UHGV virus genome: UHGV-1376603
DNA length: 44,448 nt
Reading direction: 5' to 3' (one strand)
Source of the DNA: a virus
The position numbers were made by a program, and so were the translations under genes. Every line of letters starts with the position of its first letter. Position 1 is the first letter of the stretch. The notes beneath the pieces were generated by a model. The model made no database searches and was not told the DNA's origin. It was given only the letters and a program-made list of their open reading frames with translations. Positions 27,890 to 35,719 of this stretch are shown here, piece after piece.

Positions 27890-28026
27890 GCTGTCTCTCC
27901 CGGGGTCTGATAGATGCGAACGAAATTTCGCAGTATGCGGTAGTCAACCAGTACGGTGCCGCGGTGCCGGCAGAGGCGGAGCTTTTGCCAGCGATCCCGG
28001 ATGCGCTCGATAACGTCATGGCTCAT
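27886..28026 (-). CDS. ylcG: 46-codon ylcG-like micro-ORF between rusA and Q (absent from the ORF track)
   Basis: ATG overlaps the rusA TGA (gcATGAgcc). Its TGA overlaps the Q ATG (gcATGAaac). It fills the 133-nt rusA-Q gap exactly. Translation is [46 protein letters not shown]. Confidence 0.45.
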   Translation of the reverse strand: MSHDVIERIRDRWQKLRLCRHRGTVLVDYRILRNFVRIYQTPGETA

Positions 28027-28388
28027 GCGGCCTCCATTTCGGTAATGGTTAGCTCAAGCCGCCCACCTTTGACGACAGGCATTCTCTTGACGCTGTAGTA
28101 GTCAACCTGCTGGTCATCGAGCCAGAAACCCGATTTCGTCAGGGCGTCGAATGCTGCCTTTTGCAGGTTGTCAAGGTCACGGCGCCGGCGATCCGGCATG
28201 TGACACTCAATACGGATTTTCAGTGGCGTGGCCAGGCCGATATCAAGCATCAAGTCTTTGATGATTCTGGCGACACTGTCGCGGTATGCCTGCCCTTCCG
28301 CGCTGATGTGTGTGCGCCCCCGGTTATGCCGGTAGTAGCGGTTGTTGCTTGGTGGCCAGGGTAATGAAATTCGATATTGGTTCATGCT
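28023..28388 (-). CDS. rusA: Holliday junction resolvase RusA
   Basis: [16 protein letters not shown] matches the RusA catalytic Asp motif. The start at Met 28388 gives 121 aa. Confidence 0.8.
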   Translation of the reverse strand, partial: SMNQYRISLPWPPSNNRYYRHNRGRTHISAEGQAYRDSVARIIKDLMLDIGLATPLKIRIECHMPDRRRRDLDNLQKAAFDALTKSGFWLDDQQVDYYSVKRMPVVKGGRLELTITEMEAA

Positions 28389-28672
28389 TTTATCAGCCCC
28401 TCTTTCATCCAGATAACCTGCGTTCGGGCCATTCCCTCCAGTGCGCACTCTTTCGCATACTCCGCATCTACCAGGCGCGTGCGGCGGTCTATTTCATCGT
28501 GACAGGATGAACAGGCGATAGCGGCGATCAGATCAGGCGGCTTAATCCCGGTCCCGCACAATCCAGCAATGCGGATATGGGCCAATACCGTGGTTTCAGG
28601 GTTACCGTTGCAGACGCCCGGGATACGAACCTGACATTCGCGGCCGCGCGCCGCTTTGCGAAGATTAGCCAT
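28382..28672 (-). CDS. ybcO: DUF1364 protein (YbcO-like, Cys-rich putative nuclease)
   Basis: [22 protein letters not shown] ... CSSCHDEID cysteine pattern. Same position as ybcO in the DLP12 nin region. Confidence 0.55.
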   Translation of the reverse strand: MANLRKAARGRECQVRIPGVCNGNPETTVLAHIRIAGLCGTGIKPPDLIAAIACSSCHDEIDRRTRLVDAEYAKECALEGMARTQVIWMKEGLIKA

Positions 28673-28674
28673 GC

Positions 28675-28884
28675 TTACCCCCAAATCCGTTGACGAAGTG
28701 ATCGCGGCGTATACTCCGGTCGAGCACAAACCGGAAGCCTGGCGCTGACCGTCCAGCTCAGATAATCCGGGTTAAGGCTTTTCTCGGTGACGATGCCACG
28801 CGCCTGATATCTGGACACCAACTGTTCTGCCTGCTCCGCAGTGCATTCGGGATGCTGAAACCATGAGTGTTTCATCGGCATCAC
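28675..28884 (-). CDS. Small nin-region protein (NinE-like position, 69 aa)
   Basis: ORF between the YbcN-like and YbcO-like genes, stop-start coupled. Confidence 0.4.
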   Translation of the reverse strand: MMPMKHSWFQHPECTAEQAEQLVSRYQARGIVTEKSLNPDYLSWTVSARLPVCARPEYTPRSLRQRIWG

Positions 28885-29477
28885 CCCGCAAAGCTCAGCA
28901 GCTGACTAGCGGCGTTTTCAGCCTCAGCCGGCGAGTGGAATTTGCGACGCAGAATGTAGTTCCAGAGCACATTCAGCACTGATTTGTAGACGCCGTTAAA
29001 CTGGCTGTCGTCCATGCTGGCGAAGGAGATCGACTTTGCGACACGACGACGGCTGCCGTCAGGCATCTGGTATTCATCGTAAAAGCCGGCCTGAATGGTT
29101 GCCCACTCGCGGAAGGATTCGAAGTGTTTCAGCAGCGCCATATCGCGGGAACGGGATATACCGACCGAGGAGAGATACATCTCCGCGGCGTTCTGGAGCG
29201 CAGCGCGCTGATCGAAGTCGGATGAGAGGAAGTCGATAAACCCGGATATGAGGGCACGCTCAGCGGGCTCAATGAGGCCACCGGAAGGCGTCCAGTAGTG
29301 ATACCCGAGAGTCAGAAGCTTGAAGAACTTCTTGTGGAATGCGTAATTCCGGGGCTTGCGGAACTCACCGCAAAGCAGTTGCCCTACTGGGATAAGTTGC
29401 AGGTATTCGCTGGTTCCCGGCTCTGCGGGAATCAGTACGTTTTGATAACTCTTCTCAAATTGCAGTGTTTGCGCCAT
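28881..29477 (-). CDS. ybcN: DUF1367 protein (YbcN-like)
   Basis: 198-aa ORF at the head of the nin-like block. Order ybcN-ninE-ybcO-rusA-ylcG-Q as in the DLP12 prophage. Confidence 0.5.
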   Translation of the reverse strand: MAQTLQFEKSYQNVLIPAEPGTSEYLQLIPVGQLLCGEFRKPRNYAFHKKFFKLLTLGYHYWTPSGGLIEPAERALISGFIDFLSSDFDQRAALQNAAEMYLSSVGISRSRDMALLKHFESFREWATIQAGFYDEYQMPDGSRRRVAKSISFASMDDSQFNGVYKSVLNVLWNYILRRKFHSPAEAENAASQLLSFAG

Positions 29478-29571
29478 GTGTCCCCACTTGGCGCCGGGGT
29501 AAAGTTGTCAGTTGTCCAGACTGACGAGGTAATTATCGCCCTTCCCGGGGATAAATGCAAAATGAGCATAT

Positions 29572-29600
29572 ACGAGAAAACCCCTCCAGAGAGGGGTTTG
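29572..29600 (-). terminator. tR2-like intrinsic terminator in front of the nin block
   Basis: On the minus strand AACCCCTC-TCTG-GAGGGGTT is followed by TTCTCGT. Confidence 0.45.
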
Positions 29601-29634
29601 ATTTCAACTGGAGGCTTTGCGTTCTGCGGGGGAT

Positions 29635-30015
29635 TTAGGCATCGCCAACCTCCTGCGGGGCGGCTGCAAAATGCTCAACACCTTTAGCCCAGATATCTTT
29701 GATAGTTGTCCATGTGACAGGTACCGTGATTTCAATTCTCCCGCTTCCGTCGCAGGTTTCACATTCATCATCACCAAAGCATTCCGGGCAGTTTACGAAC
29801 TTGGTTTCTGAAAACTCACCAGATAGCGCCCACTTCGCGCCGTTTTCAGCAGTTAACCTCATTGGCACCATCACGTAACCATCCGGAATTGCCGGAGAGT
29901 TGCCAGCCTTATTCACAAGAATGTCGATAGCTCTCTGCAGGAGCATTGCTTCAGCGAATGATATCCTGTGGCCCATCTTCAGCTGATTTCTGAGTAGCAG
30001 CAGTTCCTCTTTCAT
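29635..30015 (-). CDS. Hypothetical protein with a zinc-ribbon CPECFGDDECETCDGSG
   Basis: 126 aa. CxxC...CxxC motif. Confidence 0.45.
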   Translation of the reverse strand: MKEELLLLRNQLKMGHRISFAEAMLLQRAIDILVNKAGNSPAIPDGYVMVPMRLTAENGAKWALSGEFSETKFVNCPECFGDDECETCDGSGRIEITVPVTWTTIKDIWAKGVEHFAAAPQEVGDA

Positions 30016-30578
30016 GGCTTACCTCCGCTGAGCATGGTGGCGCGGCAGGCATTCCAGGAATCAGCGGCCGCATTTCGTTGGTCTTCATCCCACTGGAATA
30101 CAGCGTGGTCACGACGCCTGGCACTGGCAAGAATCCCGATACTGTCCGGGGTGGCTTCTTCCGGCACTACCGGCGCTGGCTGCGCGTGGCGATAGAGCTG
30201 AGTGCCGACAGGAAGAGCCCTGTCGATTGTCGACGTGTCATTGCCTGGGCGGTTAGATAAAACTTCGGCCACAGGCTCGCTGTCCGCTACCGGCTGCACT
30301 GGCGGCATATCTGGACCTTTGCGAATAGCTTTTGCCAGCTCTATAGGGTCATCGTAAAGCCAGTCTCCGGTCTCGGGGTGGTTGGCTTCTGCCAGTTGGG
30401 AGGCCCACTCCAGGCCGTCTTTGTGTCCCTGTAAGTAGTCGAGAGGCAAACACCAAGACTCGCTGTCCATTGCGGAAAGCGCCATGCGGGCCATCATCGC
30501 AAACTCGCTACCCTGATTAATCATTGGGTCGCTGACAATTTCTTCCAGGCGCTCTCTGGTTATGGTCGATTTGGTCAT
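30012..30578 (-). CDS. Hypothetical phage protein (188 aa)
   Basis: ORF in the early-right operon. ATGA-type overlap with neighbours. Confidence 0.45.
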   Translation of the reverse strand: MTKSTITRERLEEIVSDPMINQGSEFAMMARMALSAMDSESWCLPLDYLQGHKDGLEWASQLAEANHPETGDWLYDDPIELAKAIRKGPDMPPVQPVADSEPVAEVLSNRPGNDTSTIDRALPVGTQLYRHAQPAPVVPEEATPDSIGILASARRRDHAVFQWDEDQRNAAADSWNACRATMLSGGKP

Positions 30579-30958
30579 TGGTTGGCTCCTTCTGCCTGAT
30601 ACTTTTCGAACCAGAACACTACCGGCGCGTTAGTTGGTTGAACCAGGCCGAATGATTCCGCTGTTCTGTAGCTTCTCGATGCCCGACGAGTCACATCAAC
30701 CTGGGTTGCAATGCGATTGCGAAAATCCTCAACGGTGCTGCACATTTTGAACAGGTTGCAGGGAATGCATGCTGGAACCATGTTGCTGACCGTATCGTTT
30801 TCTGGCCTGTCCATTGCGTAGCCGTTACTGATATTCCTTCGTACTGCTTCGACGTGGTCAGCGTGCCATTTATCGCCAAGCTCACAGCCGCAGTAAGCGC
30901 AGCGGCCGCCGAACTTCATGCGCAGTTCAGTGCGTTGTTTTTTGGTCAGTGCCATCAC
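30575..30958 (-). CDS. HNH endonuclease
   Basis: CAYCGC ... HADHV ... N ... CIPCN arrangement (CxxC, H-N-H, CxxC). Confidence 0.65.
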   Translation of the reverse strand: MMALTKKQRTELRMKFGGRCAYCGCELGDKWHADHVEAVRRNISNGYAMDRPENDTVSNMVPACIPCNLFKMCSTVEDFRNRIATQVDVTRRASRSYRTAESFGLVQPTNAPVVFWFEKYQAEGANQ

Positions 30959-31371
30959 TCAGCCTCCACCTTGATGCCAGCGGCTGCCAGCGCTACCTTT
31001 ACGTCCTGGCTGTAGTTATAAACACCATCAGACCAGACATATCTGTCCCCAGATACAATCTGCCGTAAGTCTGGCAGCTTCACGGTGCGGGCCTCCAGCC
31101 CGGCGATGCGCTGGCGCAGTGCTGTGTTATCGTCGAACAGCTCACAGATGTGGCGATTCTGCTTGCGAACGCGATTTTCGCTTTCAGTCATTTGCTGCTG
31201 CGCCTTCTCCAGCTTTTCGCTGTTAGCCTCAGCTGTTTTTCTCCACGTTGCGCAAATACGTTTCTCTGATTCCAGTGCCTCTACCAGCTCCATGGTCTCC
31301 GCCGGGGAAAGATGCTCACCGCATTCAGCGTTGATTCTGGCTCTCTGCGCCAGTTCGGTGATATCAGTCAT
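30955..31371 (-). CDS. Hypothetical coiled-coil protein (138 aa)
   Basis: Helical, heptad-like central part. No catalytic motif seen. Confidence 0.4.
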   Translation of the reverse strand: MTDITELAQRARINAECGEHLSPAETMELVEALESEKRICATWRKTAEANSEKLEKAQQQMTESENRVRKQNRHICELFDDNTALRQRIAGLEARTVKLPDLRQIVSGDRYVWSDGVYNYSQDVKVALAAAGIKVEAE

Positions 31372-31651
31372 GCGGCATCTCCTGTTTTGGCATCAGCGCA
31401 TCGCGGACGCTCTGCCGGTAGTAGTGGTGAAAGGCGAATGTCAGACCGAGCTTTGTTGGCCGCTCCTGTTTACCCAGCAGCTTGAGGCGAGTGCAAATGG
31501 TCGTCGCCGTCCAGCCAGAGTGATAACCGGCGGCTCGCTTCATAACGGTTTCCGCCAGGATGGTGCGAAAGTCGTCTCGCCCGAAATTAGTGTTTTCGAA
31601 TGCGGCGTTGATCACTTCGTCAGTGAGATGTGCATCGATAGCGTGGCTCAT
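31364..31651 (-). CDS. Hypothetical protein (95 aa)
   Basis: ORF. Overlaps neighbours by 8 nt and 4 nt. Confidence 0.4.
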   Translation of the reverse strand: MSHAIDAHLTDEVINAAFENTNFGRDDFRTILAETVMKRAAGYHSGWTATTICTRLKLLGKQERPTKLGLTFAFHHYYRQSVRDALMPKQEMPHD

Positions 31652-32187
31652 TTGTCAGCCCCCTCGCGCAGTTGCTTGGCGATATCTTCCAGGATGCCAT
31701 CAGCAAAGGAGCGGTCGAAATCCCCCTCAGGTGCATCTGCCATAAACTCGGTTGAGGTGAGAATCATGCGGGCTATATCGGCGGCGTTTTTGGCTGTGTC
31801 TTCAATAAAACCTGCATCCCAGGCGGCCAGCATTCGGTTAGCCACAAAGTGCGCACCTTCAACGCGGCCATCAGCCTTAATCCCGGGCAGGTATGCGTCG
31901 GTAGCTGGGAACGGGTTTTCAGCATTAACATCGCGGGAAACGTACATGTTGATTTCTGAAACATAATCCAGCGGCACACCCGCGAACATGGTTCCTTCGC
32001 CTTCAGAGAAGTATTCAACGTGGTTGTCGCTTATGTCGGTCAACAAGCGATTCATCGTTAAATTCTCCGCCGCCAACTGCTTAAACGCTTTCGCTAGCTT
32101 CAGGAACTTCTGCCCTCTGATCGACAGCTCGCCAGCGCTCTCCAGGGAAGCGATGAGCTCGTTTACTGCCTGTAGTGTGATAGTCAT
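31648..32187 (-). CDS. Hypothetical protein (179 aa from Met 32187)
   Basis: ATG at 32187 overlaps the TGA of the upstream wHTH gene. The longer track ORF (to 32322) overlaps that gene. Confidence 0.45.
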   Translation of the reverse strand: MTITLQAVNELIASLESAGELSIRGQKFLKLAKAFKQLAAENLTMNRLLTDISDNHVEYFSEGEGTMFAGVPLDYVSEINMYVSRDVNAENPFPATDAYLPGIKADGRVEGAHFVANRMLAAWDAGFIEDTAKNAADIARMILTSTEFMADAPEGDFDRSFADGILEDIAKQLREGADK

Positions 32188-32477
32188 GCTGATGTTCTCC
32201 CGTAAACAGCCAGTACCCGCTTCATCGCCGGGCTTTGCCGACACTCGTTGAAAATCTGATTGGTGCTCTTTCTGCCTGCAATCTCTTCTTCGGTGGCCAA
32301 CCGGTAGTAAACCGTACGCCACACACGAGCTTCCGCTACCAGCACCCCCTGCTTTGCCAGGATATTGGCAGCCTGGTTGATGCAGGTATGCGTCATTCCG
32401 GAAGCCGCGGCGACATCTGGAGAGCTGCAGGTTTTATGCGTTTTCAGGTAGTTCAGAATTGCGTCTTTGCCTGTCAT
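32184..32477 (-). CDS. Winged-helix DNA-binding protein (97 aa)
   Basis: HTH-like segment SSPDVAAASGMTHTCINQAANILAKQGVL. Directly after the helicase gene. Confidence 0.45.
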   Translation of the reverse strand: MTGKDAILNYLKTHKTCSSPDVAAASGMTHTCINQAANILAKQGVLVAEARVWRTVYYRLATEEEIAGRKSTNQIFNECRQSPAMKRVLAVYGRTSA

Positions 32478-33922
32478 CAGAATCCACCCCGCTTAGTTGG
32501 TTTTTCCTCTTTCTCGCGCCGGCGCTGACTGGCAGCTTCCTGATCGCAGTCATAAATAGCCCCGTGACGTTGCTCGCAATAGACAACACCAGTCTCACCA
32601 TGCCGGTTAAGGCGCAGGAGGAGCTCTGTGTCACTCTGGTTTGCGTTCTCGTCGTAGGCACCTTCCCGGTATATGGCCAGCCAGTAATCGCAGTCCTGCT
32701 CTATCTGGCCTGTGTCGCGGGAGTCGCTCGGCAGCGGTCGCTTGTTGGTTCGCTTCTCAAGCTCACGGTTAAGCTGAGTCAGGAGAACCACGACGCAATC
32801 CAGCTCCTTCGCCAGGGTCTTGAGGCCTTTGGTGATCAGCCCGTAAGCCAGGTCATTTCGCTCTGCCTTATCGGCAGTCATCAGCGTCAGGTAGTCGACG
32901 AGGATCATTCCGACCTTGCCGCGTTCGCGCTTGATGCGACGTGACTCAGCCATGACATGCGCCAGTGAAATACCCGGGGTGTCATCAATCAGGAGGTTAT
33001 TGGTGTCAATCAGCGCTCCCATAACGCCAGTCGCTTTTTGCAGATCGCTGTTCCAGTCTCCCCGATAGCCGTAGTCGTCCTTCGTCATATCCGGGTAAAA
33101 CAGGTTTGGCGAGATCCGCCCCTTCTGCGCGGTGATTTTCTCCACCATCTGGCCTTCCGGCATTTCGAGAGAGAACATCAGGGCCGGTTCGTTTTCGACC
33201 GTTGCGCAGTTGATCCCCATCTGGGTGTAGAGCGTGGTTTTACCCATCTTCGGGCGTGCGCCTATAACAAACAGGCTGCCACGCACAATGCGCTTCACAC
33301 CGAGAAGTTCATCCAGAGAGCGGATCCCGGTCGACAACCCGCGGGAACGACCATCCGGCTTGAGCCTTTCGTCGAATTCCGCCGACCAGTCAGTAACAGC
33401 GTCATAGAACGTGCGAAGCCCTGTCCGTCGACCTGTTTTTACGTGCTCGGTTATCTCAGTGAACAGCCCCTGAATAGCATCGAATTTCTGCTCTGCGGTC
33501 ATGCCGTTGCGGGCATAAAGCAACTCGATCGCCTTCGTTGTTTTCTCGATGCCGTAGCGCTCCATAGCGGTCTCACGGACACGCATTGCATAGGCCACGA
33601 TGTTCGCCGCGCTTGGCGTGTTCTTCGACATTTCAGCCAGGTATGCAAAGCCCCCAACGGTTTCCGTCAGCCCCTTGCTATCGAGAGCATCAAACAGGGT
33701 CAGCAGATCAACCGGCTTATGGTCGCGGTACATCTGGCGCATTTCGGCGAAAATGACCTGGTGCTGACGCGCGTAGAACGATTCTGGCTTGAGAATCGAA
33801 AGTACCTTCTGAGTACGCTCGCTGTTGTCGTCGTCCAGCAGGAGCCCGCCCAGCACGCTCTGCTCTGCTTCAATGCTGTGCGGAGGTGTCATGAAATCAG
33901 CGGTCATCACGATCCCCCTCAC
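32477..33922 (-). CDS. Replicative DNA helicase (DnaB family)
   Basis: N-terminus SIEAEQSVLGGLLLDDD. Walker A GARPKMGKTT. RecA-like C-terminal domain. About 470 aa. Confidence 0.85.
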   Translation of the reverse strand: MRGIVMTADFMTPPHSIEAEQSVLGGLLLDDDNSERTQKVLSILKPESFYARQHQVIFAEMRQMYRDHKPVDLLTLFDALDSKGLTETVGGFAYLAEMSKNTPSAANIVAYAMRVRETAMERYGIEKTTKAIELLYARNGMTAEQKFDAIQGLFTEITEHVKTGRRTGLRTFYDAVTDWSAEFDERLKPDGRSRGLSTGIRSLDELLGVKRIVRGSLFVIGARPKMGKTTLYTQMGINCATVENEPALMFSLEMPEGQMVEKITAQKGRISPNLFYPDMTKDDYGYRGDWNSDLQKATGVMGALIDTNNLLIDDTPGISLAHVMAESRRIKRERGKVGMILVDYLTLMTADKAERNDLAYGLITKGLKTLAKELDCVVVLLTQLNRELEKRTNKRPLPSDSRDTGQIEQDCDYWLAIYREGAYDENANQSDTELLLRLNRHGETGVVYCEQRHGAIYDCDQEAASQRRREKEEKPTKRGGF

Positions 33923-34796
33923 GCACTTCGATATAGAGTTTTTCCGTCAGAAACTTATCGAATTTCATGCGGCGCCATGTCTTCCCTGACTTCTGGTCTG
34001 GTCGGTCTTCCAGCATCCAGCGACAGTTCTGAGCTATGTAGCGGAGATAAGCGCGAAAACCATCCATGTCCATCGGCTTACCATCAAGGTTGCGAGCGAT
34101 TTTGTTCGCCTTGCTCCAGAAGGTGCGGATCAGATTGCGTCGCTCATCAGTGAGGCATCTCCACCCCCTGGCTTCAGGAAGTTCGTCTTTCAGGCATTGC
34201 CACACTTCATCGCATGACAAGCGTGTTTTTTTGTCTTCAGCCGGTTTCTGGTTATTTGCGACATACTTACTACCGTTAGGTAGTAAGTTATTTAATATAT
34301 TGTTATCTGTGGACACTGGCTGGACATCGGCTGGACACTCCACCTCCGCAGGCATTGGTACTACTGCGTTTTGGCTGGACATCGGCTGGACATCGGCTGG
34401 ACAAAAATTTGACTGATATTCGTCATATTTGACCACTTTTAGAACAGTAAAACGGTTGTTCGATTTGGTGGTGATCATGCCCAGGTTCTGGAATTTACGG
34501 AGCAGTGATTTAACGCGATCAGCGGTTAACCCCGTTTCCATTGCCAGGGTGTTTCGCCCGGTGATGAACTCTCCTCTTTCGCACATCACATCGCCGACAT
34601 CAGTCGATACCATTGTCTGTTCGTGATTAGCGCGCAGGAGCAGGTGAACCCATAGATGGGCCGCCTCAGCATCCTTGTAGAACGGCACATCCATAATTTT
34701 ACGGTGCAGCAAGGCAAACCCCTTACCGTCATTCGTGCGCGGTTTCTGGAGCCTTCTGGCCTCTCTGGCTTCGGCTAAATTTGATACGTTACTCAC
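33897..34796 (-). CDS. Replication initiator (lambda O-like), GTG start, origin iterons inside the gene
   Basis: 299 aa. N-terminal DNA-binding-like domain. Central linker encoded by iterons (CPADVQP repeated). Located directly upstream of the helicase. Confidence 0.6.
   Translation of the reverse strand: MSNVSNLAEAREARRLQKPRTNDGKGFALLHRKIMDVPFYKDAEAAHLWVHLLLRANHEQTMVSTDVGDVMCERGEFITGRNTLAMETGLTADRVKSLLRKFQNLGMITTKSNNRFTVLKVVKYDEYQSNFCPADVQPMSSQNAVVPMPAEVECPADVQPVSTDNNILNNLLPNGSKYVANNQKPAEDKKTRLSCDEVWQCLKDELPEARGWRCLTDERRNLIRTFWSKANKIARNLDGKPMDMDGFRAYLRYIAQNCRWMLEDRPDQKSGKTWRRMKFDKFLTEKLYIEVREGDRDDR
34318..34405. repeat. Replication origin: five 11-bp iterons GGCTGGACA(T/C)(C/T) in a 2+3 arrangement, flanked by an 8-bp-arm palindrome and AT-rich stretches
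   Basis: Iterons at 34318, 34329, 34373, 34384, 34395. Palindrome CTTACTACC-GTTAG-GTAGTAAG at 34266..34287. AT-rich 34288..34310 and 34403..34440. Confidence 0.6.
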
Positions 34797-34935
34797 GGCC
34801 TTCCTCCTTCCGTTTCAGCTCTTCCAGGATGGCGCGCATTTTCATGCCAACCACCGGGTTAACCGAGCGAATGAAGCGATCGCGGGTAACATTTTTGTGT
34901 GTTTGTGCCTGGTAAAATCTGTTGCTCTTAGGCAT
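34789..34935 (-). CDS. 48-codon ORF translationally coupled to the O-like gene (absent from the ORF track)
   Basis: ATG at 34935 with CAGGAG RBS at 7 nt. The stop overlaps the GTG start of the O-like gene (GTGAGTAA). Translation is MPKSNRFYQAQTHKNVTRDRFIRSVNPVVGMKMRAILEELKRKEEGRE. Confidence 0.45.
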   Translation of the reverse strand: MPKSNRFYQAQTHKNVTRDRFIRSVNPVVGMKMRAILEELKRKEEGRE

Positions 34936-34972
34936 AATTACTCCTGTGAATTGATCCAGTTAATTCGCGTAG

Positions 34973-35012
34973 AAAGCCGTTAGTGTTTGCCCACTGCGGC
35001 TTTCGCCTTTTC
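34973..35012 (+). terminator. Plus-strand intrinsic terminator facing into the early-right operon (OOP-like antisense RNA terminator candidate)
   Basis: GAAAGCCG-17 nt-CGGCTTTC followed by GCCTTTTCT on the + strand. There is no T-run on the minus strand. Confidence 0.35.
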
Positions 35013-35021
35013 TGCCCTTCA

Positions 35022-35342
35022 TTAGTCCCATCCCAACGGACCAGGCCGGCACCGCTCAGCACGTAATCCGATATCTGCCAGCGTTTCTACCGACTGCAGG
35101 TAATGCCGGGACACTACTACTGCTTCAGGCGGTACAACCTGCAGACCAAGCACTGACAGCTCTTTTGCTATGTCGGCGAAATGCCCTTCCCCCTTTCTGC
35201 GACTGACTGTTGATTCACTGATACCCAACATCTCCGCGTAAACCTTCTGCCCGATGGATGAAAGGCGGTTGAGTAAAACCCCTTCCAGCTCAATCGGTTT
35301 GAGGATTGGCGGTTCTAAGTTGCGGGCTATTGCATTCTCCAT
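35022..35342 (-). CDS. cII: CII-like transcriptional activator
   Basis: LLNRLSSIGQKVYAEMLGISESTVSRRK resembles the lambda CII HTH region. Located after cro. Confidence 0.65.
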   Translation of the reverse strand: MENAIARNLEPPILKPIELEGVLLNRLSSIGQKVYAEMLGISESTVSRRKGEGHFADIAKELSVLGLQVVPPEAVVVSRHYLQSVETLADIGLRAERCRPGPLGWD

Positions 35343-35381
35343 CTGTGATACTTCCTCTGGTGTTGATTGGGAGGCCGCTGG

Positions 35382-35615
35382 TTAGGCGGCCGGAACGCCC
35401 TTCGGAGAAGGGAATAGTTTTGGAAGGTCTGGTCTAATTTGATGCGCCTGAACCTCCCCATTAGTTGCATTTACGATGCTGTTTACATGTTCAGGCGAAA
35501 CCTTTGCCTTGTTGTGGAGCCACTTGTAAACCGCCTGCTGAGAAACATCGCAGGCTTCACCAAGCTTTTTCTGAGAGCCGACAATATTAATTGCGGTTTT
35601 AATGGTTGGGTTCAT
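35382..35615 (-). CDS. cro: Cro-like repressor (HTH)
   Basis: The Met at 35615 gives MNPTIKTAINIVGSQKKLGEACDVSQQAVYKWL, a Cro/YdaS-type HTH. Divergent from cI. Confidence 0.7.
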   Translation of the reverse strand: MNPTIKTAINIVGSQKKLGEACDVSQQAVYKWLHNKAKVSPEHVNSIVNATNGEVQAHQIRPDLPKLFPSPKGVPAA

Positions 35616-35642
35616 GACAACCTCCGTAGTAAATACAAACAA

Positions 35643-35719
35643 AGAATAAAACCTTAGTTGTATTTAGTCAACAACCATTTTCGTTTGCCGCTATAAAACC
35701 ATGGTTGTAAATTGAGAAG
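35643..35719. promoter_or_regulatory. OR-like region: divergent PR (for cro) and PRM-like promoter giving near-leaderless cI, with palindromic operator candidates
   Basis: PR on the minus strand: TTGACT (35666-35671 rc), 17 nt, TATTCT. Palindrome CAACCATGGTTG at 35696..35707. TAAATT at 35708..35713 lies 7 nt before the cI ATG. A second palindrome GTTGTATTTAGTCAAC is present. Confidence 0.5.

Noticed and set aside
27756-28019. 87-aa minus-strand ORF between rusA and Q
   Set aside because: It overlaps Q by 130 nt in another frame. The correct small gene in this gap is the 46-codon ylcG-like frame that starts at the ATG overlapping the rusA stop (27886..28026).
31085-31966. 293-aa plus-strand ORF
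   Set aside because: Spans three minus-strand genes that are stop-start coupled. Ser/Ala/Cys-rich low-complexity translation. No RBS.
33038-34153. 371-aa plus-strand ORF
   Set aside because: Antisense to the DnaB-family helicase and the initiator gene, both of which have unmistakable motifs. A long open antisense frame is expected in GC-rich coding sequence.
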